DNA from: a bacterium | Lineage (GTDB): Bacteria > UBA6262 > WVXT01 | NCBI GenBank assembly: GCA_046759165.1 | Contig: JBHIBS010000001.1 | Coordinates: forward strand, 4,002-68,001 | DNA length: 64,000 bases | Direction: 5' to 3' | In this document: positions 55,110 to 63,509 of the stretch, piece after piece | Position numbering within the stretch: the first letter of the stretch is position 1 | Layout: every line of letters begins with the position of its first letter | Notes under the pieces: generated by a model | Told to the model about the DNA's origin: nothing | The model's input: the letters and a program-made list of their open reading frames with translations, nothing else | Database searches by the model: none | Position numbers and translations under genes: made by a program

Positions 55110-56191
55110 CTAAGTTTTAACGCACTTAAAGCTATTAAGGCCAAAATAATCCCCACAATCCAGAACCTGATTACTACTTTTGGCTCGGACCAACCAATCA
55201 ATTCAAAGTGGTGATGCAAAGGTGCCATTTTCAAGACTCTCTTACCTCGGAGCTTAAAAGAAGCAACTTGCAGAATCACTGATAGCGCTTCGACCACAAA
55301 AATTCCTCCGACAATGACCAAGAGAAGTTCTTGTTTAATGATCAGGGCAACGATACCAATTGTTCCCCCTAAAAAGAGGGAACCAGTGTCACCCATGAAG
55401 ATCTCTGCTGGATAGCTGTTGAACCACAAGAATCCCAGACCCGCCCCTGCCATTGAACCCAGAAAGATGGAAAGCTCCCCAGCACCAGGAACCGGAACAA
55501 TGCGCAGATAACTGCTAAAATTAGCGTGGCCTGCCAAGTATGCCATCAAAGCATAGGTCATTGCAGCAATGAGGATTGAACCTACTGCCAACCCATCCAA
55601 ACCATCAGTTAAATTGACTGCATTGGAGGAACCAACCACGAGTAGAATAGCAAAAAGCGCGTAAAGCCACCCAAGATTAATGAAGAAATCTTTCAAGTAT
55701 GGTATATTGAGCTGGGTTACGTATCCGGGACTGACTGGATAGTGATAAAGATGAATTACAATAATTATAGCCAAAATTGATTGCCCGAAGAGTTTATACC
55801 TTGCTATAAGTCCCCGACTTCGCTTTTTTATCAATTTTAGATAGTCGTCAAGGAAACCCAATAGTCCCAACCAGAGAGTGGAGAGAAGAATAATTATGGT
55901 GAAGCGATTATCGAGACGAGCCCAGAGAAAGGTCGAAACAGTAAGGCTAATTAGAATGATTAATCCACCCATTGTGGGGGTTCCTGCTTTCTTCATATGG
56001 CTGGGCGGGCCATCTTCCCGTATCTGTTGACCTATATGCAATTGTTTCAATTTCTTTATTAACAGAGGTGCAAGGAATAAACTCAAAACCAAAGAGGTAA
56101 ATATAGCAGCCCCAGCACGAAAAGTTATGTATTTGAAAAGATTGAAAGGGAAGAAGTACACATGTAGAGGATATAAGAGATGATAGAACAT
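55106..56191 (-). CDS. mraY: Phospho-N-acetylmuramoyl-pentapeptide transferase MraY
   Basis: Ten-TM protein with NAVNLTDGLDGLA and PAEIFMGDTGS motifs. Confidence 0.93.
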   Translation of the reverse strand: MFYHLLYPLHVYFFPFNLFKYITFRAGAAIFTSLVLSLFLAPLLIKKLKQLHIGQQIREDGPPSHMKKAGTPTMGGLIILISLTVSTFLWARLDNRFTIIILLSTLWLGLLGFLDDYLKLIKKRSRGLIARYKLFGQSILAIIIVIHLYHYPVSPGYVTQLNIPYLKDFFINLGWLYALFAILLVVGSSNAVNLTDGLDGLAVGSILIAAMTYALMAYLAGHANFSSYLRIVPVPGAGELSIFLGSMAGAGLGFLWFNSYPAEIFMGDTGSLFLGGTIGIVALIIKQELLLVIVGGIFVVEALSVILQVASFKLRGKRVLKMAPLHHHFELIGWSEPKVVIRFWIVGIILALIALSALKLR

Positions 56192-56216
56192 TTACTCTCC
56201 AGATAACGACCTCAAA

Positions 56217-56318
56217 GCAGACTTTCGCTCTGCCACTACATACATTTACGGGTGCAATCAATCCAACCCCTACAGGAAGTATGTAGTTTCTTAGCAGAGT
56301 TTTGCTCTGCCGCTACAT
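56217..56318. repeat. MITE-like repeat element copy B with 8-bp terminal inverted repeats, flanked by a 25-bp imperfect direct duplication of the murF 3' end
   Basis: DR1 gcagactttcgctctgccactacat (56217-56241) and DR2 gcagagttttgctctgccgctacat (56294-56318, inside murF coding) share 22 of 25 nt. Between them, CTACATAC (56236-56243) ... GTATGTAG (56279-56286) bracket the core ATTTACGGGTGCAATCAATCCAACCCCTACA. Confidence 0.55.
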
Positions 56319-57715
56319 TCTTTCCTATAACAGCAAAGTGTAAGGTATTTCGTAACTTCCTCTAATCCCATCTTGCGAGACCCTTTAATCAGCACTGCAT
56401 CCTTTGCCTTCAGCAATTCCTTCAGTTTCCTAGAGGCAAATTTCTTATCCTTAAAAGAGAATATATTGCTCCTTTCCATTCCCCACTCACGAGCACCCCG
56501 AGCGATAAATCGGGCATCCTCTCCTATCGTGATTAAGCTATAGATTGGGCTGGTAGCCACTATCTTGCCAATCTCCTGATGAAATTTTCGACTCATCGTG
56601 CCCAATTCCAACATATCGCCCAAAACGACTATTTTCCGCTGGGAGGGAAAAGAGGAAATAAGTTCGCTTAATGCAGCTTTTACAGAAGTGGGATTAGCAT
56701 TATAAGCGTCGTTAATGATTGTGACCTTACCATATTTCAACTTTTCCATCCTCAGCTTGGGAAATTTGAATTCCCTAAGCACATCAGCCATCAAGGGAAG
56801 GGAGATGTCAAACTCTTTAGCAACGCTTATGGCAGCCAATGCATTATAAATGTTGTAACGTCCTAAACAGTATAAATCAAATTCCTTTCTATCTCTCCCC
56901 ACGTGGACGGTGAAAGAAAGTTTTTCCTTCCCCCAGGACCTACTTCCCACAACATCACTCGCCCGCACATCAGCCTGCCGGTTTGTTCCAAAAGTAATTA
57001 TTTCCCGTTTTATCCTTTTAAACTGGTTCCTCAAATGGAAATCATCAATATTTAACACGACTTTCCCTTGCGGAGGCAGAAGTTGAACAAGTTCCATTTT
57101 ACCAGAAAGCACATTAGAAATGCAACGGAAAAATTGGAGGTGGGTGGGACCGATGTTGGTAATTACCCCAATTTGTGGTAGGGAAATCTCCGCCAATCTC
57201 TTAATCTCCCCGGCGTGGTTGGCTCCCATTTCCACAACCAGAAACTCCGCCTCAGGAAAAATCCCGAAAAGGGTCAAGGGAAGACCAACTATATTGTTGT
57301 AGTTACCAGTAGTGGCTATCACTTTATACTTCGATAAGAGGAGCGCCTTCAACATATCCTTCGTTGTCGTCTTACCATTGCTGCCAGTTACTCCCACAAC
57401 CACAGGATTGAACTTCTGACGATAAAACTTGGCCAATTCTTGCAGGGCAGTCAAGGTATGGGCTACTCTTATAATCGCTATTCTAGTAGCCAGTCTTTTC
57501 TTCCTAGAAACAACCACCGCCTTTGCACCCTTTTCTATCGCCTCCTCGAGAAAATCGTGGCCATCGAACCTTTCTCCTTTCAGCGCAAAGAAGATTTCTC
57601 CCTTCTTTATAGTGCGACTGTCAATGGAGACACCTGAAATTTCTCCTCGCTGACTTCCACAAATTAATTCACCCCGGACGGCTCTTATTACCTCCCTTAT
57701 AGTAAGTCTTTCCAT
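56291..57715 (-). CDS. murF: UDP-N-acetylmuramoyl-tripeptide--D-alanyl-D-alanine ligase MurF
   Basis: Mur ligase GSNGKTTT; MurF domain order. Confidence 0.92.
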   Translation of the reverse strand: MERLTIREVIRAVRGELICGSQRGEISGVSIDSRTIKKGEIFFALKGERFDGHDFLEEAIEKGAKAVVVSRKKRLATRIAIIRVAHTLTALQELAKFYRQKFNPVVVGVTGSNGKTTTKDMLKALLLSKYKVIATTGNYNNIVGLPLTLFGIFPEAEFLVVEMGANHAGEIKRLAEISLPQIGVITNIGPTHLQFFRCISNVLSGKMELVQLLPPQGKVVLNIDDFHLRNQFKRIKREIITFGTNRQADVRASDVVGSRSWGKEKLSFTVHVGRDRKEFDLYCLGRYNIYNALAAISVAKEFDISLPLMADVLREFKFPKLRMEKLKYGKVTIINDAYNANPTSVKAALSELISSFPSQRKIVVLGDMLELGTMSRKFHQEIGKIVATSPIYSLITIGEDARFIARGAREWGMERSNIFSFKDKKFASRKLKELLKAKDAVLIKGSRKMGLEEVTKYLTLCCYRKECSGRAKLC

Positions 57716-57716
57716 A

Positions 57717-59234
57717 CTATTCCTTGTTAAATTTCATTTCTTCCAAAAGAATCTTCCTGGCAACTTCACGGTCATCGAAGTGAACTCTTCTGTCCTTAAA
57801 GATCTGGTAGTCCTCATGTCCTTTCCCGGCAATTACGACCAAATCGCCCTTTTCCCCCATGGACAATGCCTTCTCGATCGCTTGAAACCTATCGATGATA
57901 GTCTGATAATTACTCTTCCCTTTCCTCTTTATTCCTACTTCAATGTCGAGAGCTATCCGCTCAGGATCTTCACTCCGGGGATTATCCGACGTGACAATGA
58001 CATAATCACTAAGATCAATGGCTACCTCACCCATCAGAGGTCTCTTCCCCCGATCCCGATCACCCCCGCAACCAAAAACAGTAATGATTCGCCTGGGCTT
58101 TAACTCCCCGCAGGCGTCCAAAAGCCTCCTCAAAGCTTCATCGGTATGAGCATAATCGACTATCACTGCAAATGGCTGCCCACAATCAATTCTCTGGAAC
58201 CTTCCAGGAATGGAAGAGACTTTTTCCAATCCACGCTTAATAATGCCCAAACTTATGCCTTGACCTAGGGCAATAGTACTTGCAGCTAAAGCGTTATATA
58301 CATTATATTTTCCAGTTAGAGGTAAAACAATCTTCACTTCCCCTGTTGGGGACACGAGAGTAAAGGTAGTCTTATCCAGATTCAATTTTATGCTCTTTGC
58401 TACAACCTCGGCCTTCTTTTCAATACCATAGGTGATTATCTTTGCCTCTGTCGATTGGATAATTTTCTCTGTTGAGGAGTCGTCTAGATTCAAAACCGCT
58501 AGTTTCTCCCTTTCTTTCCGAGCATTCTTTCCCAGAATGGAGAACAGTTTAATCTTTGCTCTCAAATACTCCTCCATACTCTTATGAAAATCGAGATGTT
58601 CGCGACTCAAGTTAGTAAATAGAGCACTATCGAACTCACATCCTTCCACTCTATCTAAACTCAAGGCATGGGAAGAGACTTCTATAACTACTGTAGTGAA
58701 TTCTTCATTTACCAACTTTCGCAGTATTTGCTGCAGGTCGGAGGATTGGGGAGTGGTAATCGGGGCAGGGAATATTTTCTCTCCAAGTCGATAAGCAATC
58801 GTACCCAGGACTCCCACTTTTGCTCCATTCTCTTTGAAGATGGCCTCGGTGAGATAACTGACTGTCGTTTTACCGTTGGTACCAGTTATCCCGATTATGT
58901 TTAATTTATCGGAAGGATAATTATAGAAGAAGGTGGCAAACTTTGCCAGAGCTAAGCGGGGATTCTCGACCACAATTTGAGTAGCGGAGCCTCCCCACCT
59001 GGAGGGTTTTGCCAATCCTTCTATTCTTTTAGAAGAAACAATTACTGAAGCCCCTGCTTCCAGAGCCTGTGGGATATAAGAATTCCCATCCTCTCTATAA
59101 CCAGAAATAGCCACAAAGATGTAGCCTGGTTTAACTTGGCGGGAATCGTAGGTTATCCCTTCTATAGAAAGTTCTGCTGAGCCGTGTACTTCTTTAGCAC
59201 CTATCGGCGGTAATAGGTCGTTTAGCCGGACCAT
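57717..59234 (-). CDS. murE: UDP-N-acetylmuramoyl-L-alanyl-D-glutamate--2,6-diaminopimelate ligase MurE
   Basis: GTNGKTT; DNPR motif consistent with meso-DAP-type MurE; stop abuts the murF start. Confidence 0.92.
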   Translation of the reverse strand: MVRLNDLLPPIGAKEVHGSAELSIEGITYDSRQVKPGYIFVAISGYREDGNSYIPQALEAGASVIVSSKRIEGLAKPSRWGGSATQIVVENPRLALAKFATFFYNYPSDKLNIIGITGTNGKTTVSYLTEAIFKENGAKVGVLGTIAYRLGEKIFPAPITTPQSSDLQQILRKLVNEEFTTVVIEVSSHALSLDRVEGCEFDSALFTNLSREHLDFHKSMEEYLRAKIKLFSILGKNARKEREKLAVLNLDDSSTEKIIQSTEAKIITYGIEKKAEVVAKSIKLNLDKTTFTLVSPTGEVKIVLPLTGKYNVYNALAASTIALGQGISLGIIKRGLEKVSSIPGRFQRIDCGQPFAVIVDYAHTDEALRRLLDACGELKPRRIITVFGCGGDRDRGKRPLMGEVAIDLSDYVIVTSDNPRSEDPERIALDIEVGIKRKGKSNYQTIIDRFQAIEKALSMGEKGDLVVIAGKGHEDYQIFKDRRVHFDDREVARKILLEEMKFNKE

Positions 59235-59373
59235 TCCTATAACCTGTATATGAGATCTTGCCTAAGCAAAGATATTCCTCCCTTTCGCGAGGAATCCAGC
59301 GCAAAGCCTGGAGTCTTCCCCTAGAGCGGGGACCAATATAAGTTGCCTTCTCGGGCGGATTCCTACATATTAT

Positions 59374-61071
59374 CTACGATTCAGGCGGGACACCGAGATG
59401 GTGCATAATTCTCAATCCAACTCGTGCGAATACCGGAGCAGCCACGCTTCCTCCCCAGTAAAATCCTTGTGGCTCATCCAGTAGGACCAAGATAGTGATC
59501 CTCGGTCGGTCTGCTGGGAGATAACCAACGAATGAGGCAATGTAGTTTGTTTTAGAATACTTACCAGTGGCTGGGTCGAATTTTTGAGCGGTTCCCGTCT
59601 TACCAGCTACCCTATACCCTACAATTTCTGCTTCTTTCCCCGTGCCATTTTCTACAATTCCGCACAAAATATCGGTTAAAGTTTGCGCTGTCTTAGAAGA
59701 AATCACCCGCCTAACCGGGCAGGGGTGGAATTCTGTCACCACTTTTCCCTTAGAATCGATGATTCTGTTAGCAATCATGGGTTCCATCAACACTCCTCCA
59801 TTGGCCAAACATGAAAAGGCAGAAATAAGCTGGATGGCAGTTACTCCTACGCCCTGCCCGAAAGAGAGGCGGCTGAGAGATATTTCTGACCAATCTTTTG
59901 GTTTCTTCAAAATTCCCGGCGTCTCACCCGGCAACCTAATTCCCGTGTAGTTGCCAAAACCGAAATCCCTTACGTACTGGTACAACCTATTTTTCCCCAA
60001 CAGCTGCCCCGCTTTAACCATTCCAATATTGGACGATTTTTCAAGAACCTGAACAAAAGTAAGCCAGCCCTCACCTTCGTGGTCTCGAACAGGAAACCCG
60101 TTGAGCACGTAAACTCCGTTCTCACAATAGAATAGATCTTCCAATGTGACGAGGTTCTCCTCCAATAATGCTACCGCCACTATTGGTTTAAAAGTAGATC
60201 CTGGTTCAAAAATATTAGAGATAGCAGGAATCTTTAAGTACTTATATTTTTCCGGGAAAGATTTATTTCCATTGAAAGATGGGAAGCTAGCCAAGGCTAA
60301 GATTTCCCCGGTTTGAGGATCTTGAACAATGATTGTGGCGAGTTTGGCTTTAGTTTCTTCATAAGCTTTCCTCAACTCCACTTCAGCAATGTACTGGATT
60401 ACTCTGTCGATTGTGGTGACTACACCGTATCCACTTACCTCCGATGGATAAGCAGTGCCAGCAGCGATTACTTCCCGACCAAAGCCATCTTTTGTCCCGA
60501 TAGTTTTCTTGTTTTTCCCTCTTAGAATTGTGTCAAAGGAATTCTCAATTCCGGACAGACCTTGATTATCCAGACCGGCTAAACCGATTACTTGGCTAGC
60601 TAACTCATTTTCAGGATAGAATCTTTTGCCTTCGCTCATAAACTCGATCCCTTTAAGATGCAAGTTTTTAATCTTTTCCGCAATTTCCGTATCCACTTTG
60701 CGTCTCAGCCAGACGAAAGAATTTGAAGTCTCCAATTTTCTGCAAATCGCTTTCTCGCTTAAATCGAGCAAAGGCGCTAACTTTCTAGCTGTCTCTTCCG
60801 GATTCGAGATGGAAGACGGAATTGCATAGACCGAACTAACTTCAAATTCTATTGCGAGTTCCTTCCCATTGCGGTCATAAATTGTGCCCCTTTTGAACTC
60901 ATATTGTCTGACCAAGATAGATTGCTTATCCGCCATCCTCTTGTACCGATGATGGCTAATAATCTGGATATAATACAACCTAATTTCCAATACGATAAGA
61001 GTAAGAATTACTACCAGAATAGAAGTGATAATGCGAGTTTTTCGAGGCACCTTTTGAATCCTCACGGGCAA
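59374..61071 (-). CDS. ftsI: Peptidoglycan D,D-transpeptidase FtsI (class B PBP)
   Basis: N-terminal TM, PBP dimerisation domain, transpeptidase motifs SxxK (STFKP), SSN and KTGT. Confidence 0.92.
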   Translation of the reverse strand: MPVRIQKVPRKTRIITSILVVILTLIVLEIRLYYIQIISHHRYKRMADKQSILVRQYEFKRGTIYDRNGKELAIEFEVSSVYAIPSSISNPEETARKLAPLLDLSEKAICRKLETSNSFVWLRRKVDTEIAEKIKNLHLKGIEFMSEGKRFYPENELASQVIGLAGLDNQGLSGIENSFDTILRGKNKKTIGTKDGFGREVIAAGTAYPSEVSGYGVVTTIDRVIQYIAEVELRKAYEETKAKLATIIVQDPQTGEILALASFPSFNGNKSFPEKYKYLKIPAISNIFEPGSTFKPIVAVALLEENLVTLEDLFYCENGVYVLNGFPVRDHEGEGWLTFVQVLEKSSNIGMVKAGQLLGKNRLYQYVRDFGFGNYTGIRLPGETPGILKKPKDWSEISLSRLSFGQGVGVTAIQLISAFSCLANGGVLMEPMIANRIIDSKGKVVTEFHPCPVRRVISSKTAQTLTDILCGIVENGTGKEAEIVGYRVAGKTGTAQKFDPATGKYSKTNYIASFVGYLPADRPRITILVLLDEPQGFYWGGSVAAPVFARVGLRIMHHLGVPPES

Positions 61072-61102
61072 TGAAAAAAGCTCTATTCGATGAAATTCTA
61101 TC

Positions 61103-61402
61103 CTATTTAAGATTTACCTTTAGAAAGAGAGTATTTTCATGCTGAGAAGAGACCATTCCCTTCTCTTCTCGAGCAATCCTATTAATATTTGCGAGATTAG
61201 TATAGCAATATAACTTTGCCTTTAGATGGCGATTTTCGTTTTCCAACAAGATGAGCTCTTTTTTCAATTCGTTAATCTGATAACTAACCGTGATTACTTC
61301 TGCACATTCCCAAACATAACATAGGAAAATCAAGAGACCACCAATAAAAAACAGAGGGTAATATTTTCCAAGCTTCTCTTTCTCCTTTTTTCCCATTAGC
61401 AC
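61103..61402 (-). CDS. ftsL: Cell division protein FtsL (septum formation initiator-like)
   Basis: 99 aa with a single TM and a coiled-coil/leucine zipper (LKKELILLENENRHLK); lies between rsmH and ftsI. Confidence 0.75.
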   Translation of the reverse strand: MLMGKKEKEKLGKYYPLFFIGGLLIFLCYVWECAEVITVSYQINELKKELILLENENRHLKAKLYCYTNLANINRIAREEKGMVSSQHENTLFLKVNLK

Positions 61403-62322
61403 ATTTCCCCTACCCGCAATTTTGCGCTTCTGGAATGAGGATTCATTTGAAGTTCCCTTCTAGATGGAGTAACTGGCTTGGGAAAAACTGTCTTCAAGCC
61501 TTGCCTTCTATATTCCCGAAAAAAGTTCTTAACAATCCTATCCTCGAGAGAATGGTAAGAAATGATACAAATTCTACCGCCCTTTTTTAGAAACCCTACG
61601 GCTTGAGGAAGTGTCTTTTCCAAAGCCATTAACTCACCATTTACTGCTATTCGTAATGCCTGGAAACTCCTGGTCGCCACGTGAATCTTTCTGGGCCAAG
61701 CTGAACGAGGAACTGCTCTCTTAATGAGTTCGACTAATTGAAAGGTAGTCTCCAATGGTCTCTTTTGTCGGAATTCAACCACTGCCCTCGCAATCCGCCT
61801 GGCCCAGTGTTCCTCTCCATAATTAGATAGAATCTCTGCAAGTTCGTCGAAAGATAGAGTGTTCAGGAGGTATCCTGCAGGCAATTTCGTCTTTTCTGAC
61901 ATCCGCATATCTAACGGTCCGTCCCTTTGAAAGCTAAAACCTCTCTTAGCATCTTGCAGTTGCAGGTTCGACAAACCCAAGTCAAATAGAATCCCGTCTA
62001 CTTCTTTAATTTTCAATGACTCGAGGATAGTTCCAATTTCAGAAAAGTTTCTCTCAAAAGTGAGCAGGTTTTCTCTATATTTCTTAAGATTTTCCTTTGC
62101 CCTTCTTATCGCCTCTGCATCCTGATCAATTCCGATCAGGAATCCACCTGGCAGGATCGCTTCCAGTATCCTTTGAGCGTGACCACCTTCGCCCAGAGTA
62201 GAATCTATGTAGACTTTTCCTTTTAGACAATTAAGATTATCTACTACCTCGTCAACTAAGACTGGAATGTGTCTTGACTCTTCCACTTTGTGTTGGAGGG
62301 GGGTGTCAGATTCCAAGGTCAA
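61396..62322 (-). CDS. rsmH: 16S rRNA (cytosine1402-N4)-methyltransferase RsmH (MraW)
   Basis: HIPVL, DSTLGEGGHA and D.G.S..Q motifs. Confidence 0.93.
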   Translation of the reverse strand: MTLESDTPLQHKVEESRHIPVLVDEVVDNLNCLKGKVYIDSTLGEGGHAQRILEAILPGGFLIGIDQDAEAIRRAKENLKKYRENLLTFERNFSEIGTILESLKIKEVDGILFDLGLSNLQLQDAKRGFSFQRDGPLDMRMSEKTKLPAGYLLNTLSFDELAEILSNYGEEHWARRIARAVVEFRQKRPLETTFQLVELIKRAVPRSAWPRKIHVATRSFQALRIAVNGELMALEKTLPQAVGFLKKGGRICIISYHSLEDRIVKNFFREYRRQGLKTVFPKPVTPSRRELQMNPHSRSAKLRVGEMC

Positions 62323-62734
62323 CCAATTTCTCAGCTACCTCAACAAATTTCTTTTCAGCCTCCTTCTGGTAGCGCTGCCAGTTGCTTTTTGACCAAATCT
62401 CGATGCGATCCAACACCCCCACTACTATTGTCTCTTTTCTTATGTTCGCATAGTTGCATAGGTTCTTGGGAATAAGTATCCTACCTTGATCATCCAGATC
62501 ACATTCACTTGCTCCAGAAAGGAAAGTGCGCAAAAACCTACGGGCGTCAGCTTTAGTTAGAGGAAGGGCTTTAAACCTTTCTGTAATTTTTTTCCAATTA
62601 TCGGAAGTGTAAACAAATAGACAACCCTCCAACCCAGAAGTGATAACAAACCTTCTTACGTTTTGACGAAGCCTGGCAGGAATGAAGAGTCGGTTCTTTC
62701 CATCTAAAGAATGGTGATATTGTCCGATCAGCAT
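62306..62734 (-). CDS. mraZ: Transcriptional regulator MraZ
   Basis: Duplicated MraZ domains with DxxxR motifs (LDGKNRLFIPARLR, LDDQGRILIPKNL); first gene of the dcw operon. Confidence 0.93.
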   Translation of the reverse strand: MLIGQYHHSLDGKNRLFIPARLRQNVRRFVITSGLEGCLFVYTSDNWKKITERFKALPLTKADARRFLRTFLSGASECDLDDQGRILIPKNLCNYANIRKETIVVGVLDRIEIWSKSNWQRYQKEAEKKFVEVAEKLVDLGI

Positions 62735-62737
62735 CGG

Positions 62738-62767
62738 TTCACCACCTTACACCACTTTTCCCCACTG
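62738..62767 (-). promoter_or_regulatory. Three 10-bp-phased direct repeats (CAGTGGGGAA / AAGTGGTGTA / AGGTGGTGAA) resembling an MraZ operator
   Basis: Minus-sense leader CAGTGGGGAAAAGTGGTGTAAGGTGGTGAACCGATG. MraZ is known to bind GTGGG/GTGGT repeats spaced about 10 bp apart in mra promoters. Confidence 0.55.
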
Positions 62768-62775
62768 CGTATCAG

Positions 62776-62804
62776 ATTATATCGCAACTCTGTTATTTTG
62801 TCAA
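62776..62804 (-). promoter_or_regulatory. Perfect consensus sigma70 promoter Pmra (TTGACA-17-TATAAT)
   Basis: Minus-sense TTGACA (62799-62804), spacer AAATAACAGAGTTGCGA, TATAAT (62776-62781). Confidence 0.7.
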
Positions 62805-63093
62805 GCAAAAAATCAAAAAAAATCGAATTTGCCCCAGGATAAAATAAATACATAGACGGAAACTGAAGTGCCAGAGCCGCCGCGGACGGACGACCTTCAC
62901 GGTCGCCCAACCCACTCTGCTTTATCATCATGTCATAGCGAGCGACTGAAAGGAGGGTGACAATCCGACCCGAATCGGTCATTGCGAGGGTGAAGCCCGT
63001 GGTCCAGATGAATGGGGACTTCCCTTTGCCTTTCATTTCATTCAGCGACAAGGTCGCAATGACAGCGCCTTACCCTACAAAAAGGGAGTGTGG

Positions 63094-63113
63094 GGGTTCG
63101 ATTCATCGAACCC
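63094..63113. repeat. Third copy of the near-palindrome GGGTTCGATTCATCGAACCC (one mismatch from the perfect palindrome at 52501-52520)
   Basis: Direct sequence comparison; it lacks the ATTTACGG/AACCCCTACA flanks of copies A and B. Confidence 0.5.
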
Positions 63114-63167
63114 GCCGACCAAAGATGGCACCATAAACGGTGCCCGACCAGGGATGGTCTTATCAAA

Positions 63168-63215
63168 TAAAAAAATCCCGGGAGATAAATTGGTTATCTT
63201 CCCGGGAAATTTTTT
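63168..63215. terminator. Bidirectional rho-independent terminator
   Basis: A-run, hairpin TCCCGGGAGATAA...TTATCTTCCCGGGA, then T-run. It lies immediately downstream of the 63221-63475 minus-strand ORF and is functional in either orientation. Confidence 0.7.
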
Positions 63216-63220
63216 TAATT

Positions 63221-63475
63221 TTAACTTTCCCGTGCCCTACTCTTCGCCCACCTTTCCTCAATAGTTCGACGAAAGCGCGGTGCATACACTATTTCCCAAG
63301 TGGTCTCTTTCCCAGGAAACATCTTTAATGCCGAGCACCGAATGGACTCGACTATTTGTTCAGCTTCTCTTCGCGAAAGGCGCTCCTGACGAAGGACAGC
63401 CAGACCTAAGTTCACCATCATCTTCAGATAGCGAATTTTTCTATTCTCCTCCTCCACCGAACCATTCTTTTCCAT
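63221..63475 (-). CDS. Hypothetical protein (84 aa)
   Basis: ORF directly followed by a strong terminator; no family recognised. Confidence 0.4.
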   Translation of the reverse strand: MEKNGSVEEENRKIRYLKMMVNLGLAVLRQERLSRREAEQIVESIRCSALKMFPGKETTWEIVYAPRFRRTIEERWAKSRARES

Positions 63476-63509
63476 CTTTACCCATCCTGAATCTGCATTA
63501 TGAATTATG

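Noticed and set aside
62728-63051. 107-aa minus-strand ORF overlapping the mraZ start
   Set aside because: TTG start without an RBS. It spans the consensus Pmra and the MraZ boxes and overlaps mraZ by 7 nt. It is better explained as promoter, leader and structured non-coding DNA.
63000-63062. Resemblance to the RNase P RNA P15-P18 region (CCAGATGAATGG..., GTCATTGCGAGGGTGAAGCCCG)
   Set aside because: The universally conserved GGAAAGTCCGGGCTCC and ACAGAACCCGGCTTA cores are absent on either strand. The similarity is too short to support.
63091-63125. tRNA- or tmRNA-like 3' end (GGGGGTTCGATTC...CCGCCGACCA)
   Set aside because: The GGTTCGATTC resembles a T-loop, but the following sequence pairs as a simple palindrome, not a T-arm. 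No D-arm or anticodon arm can be built. It is treated as a repeat copy instead.
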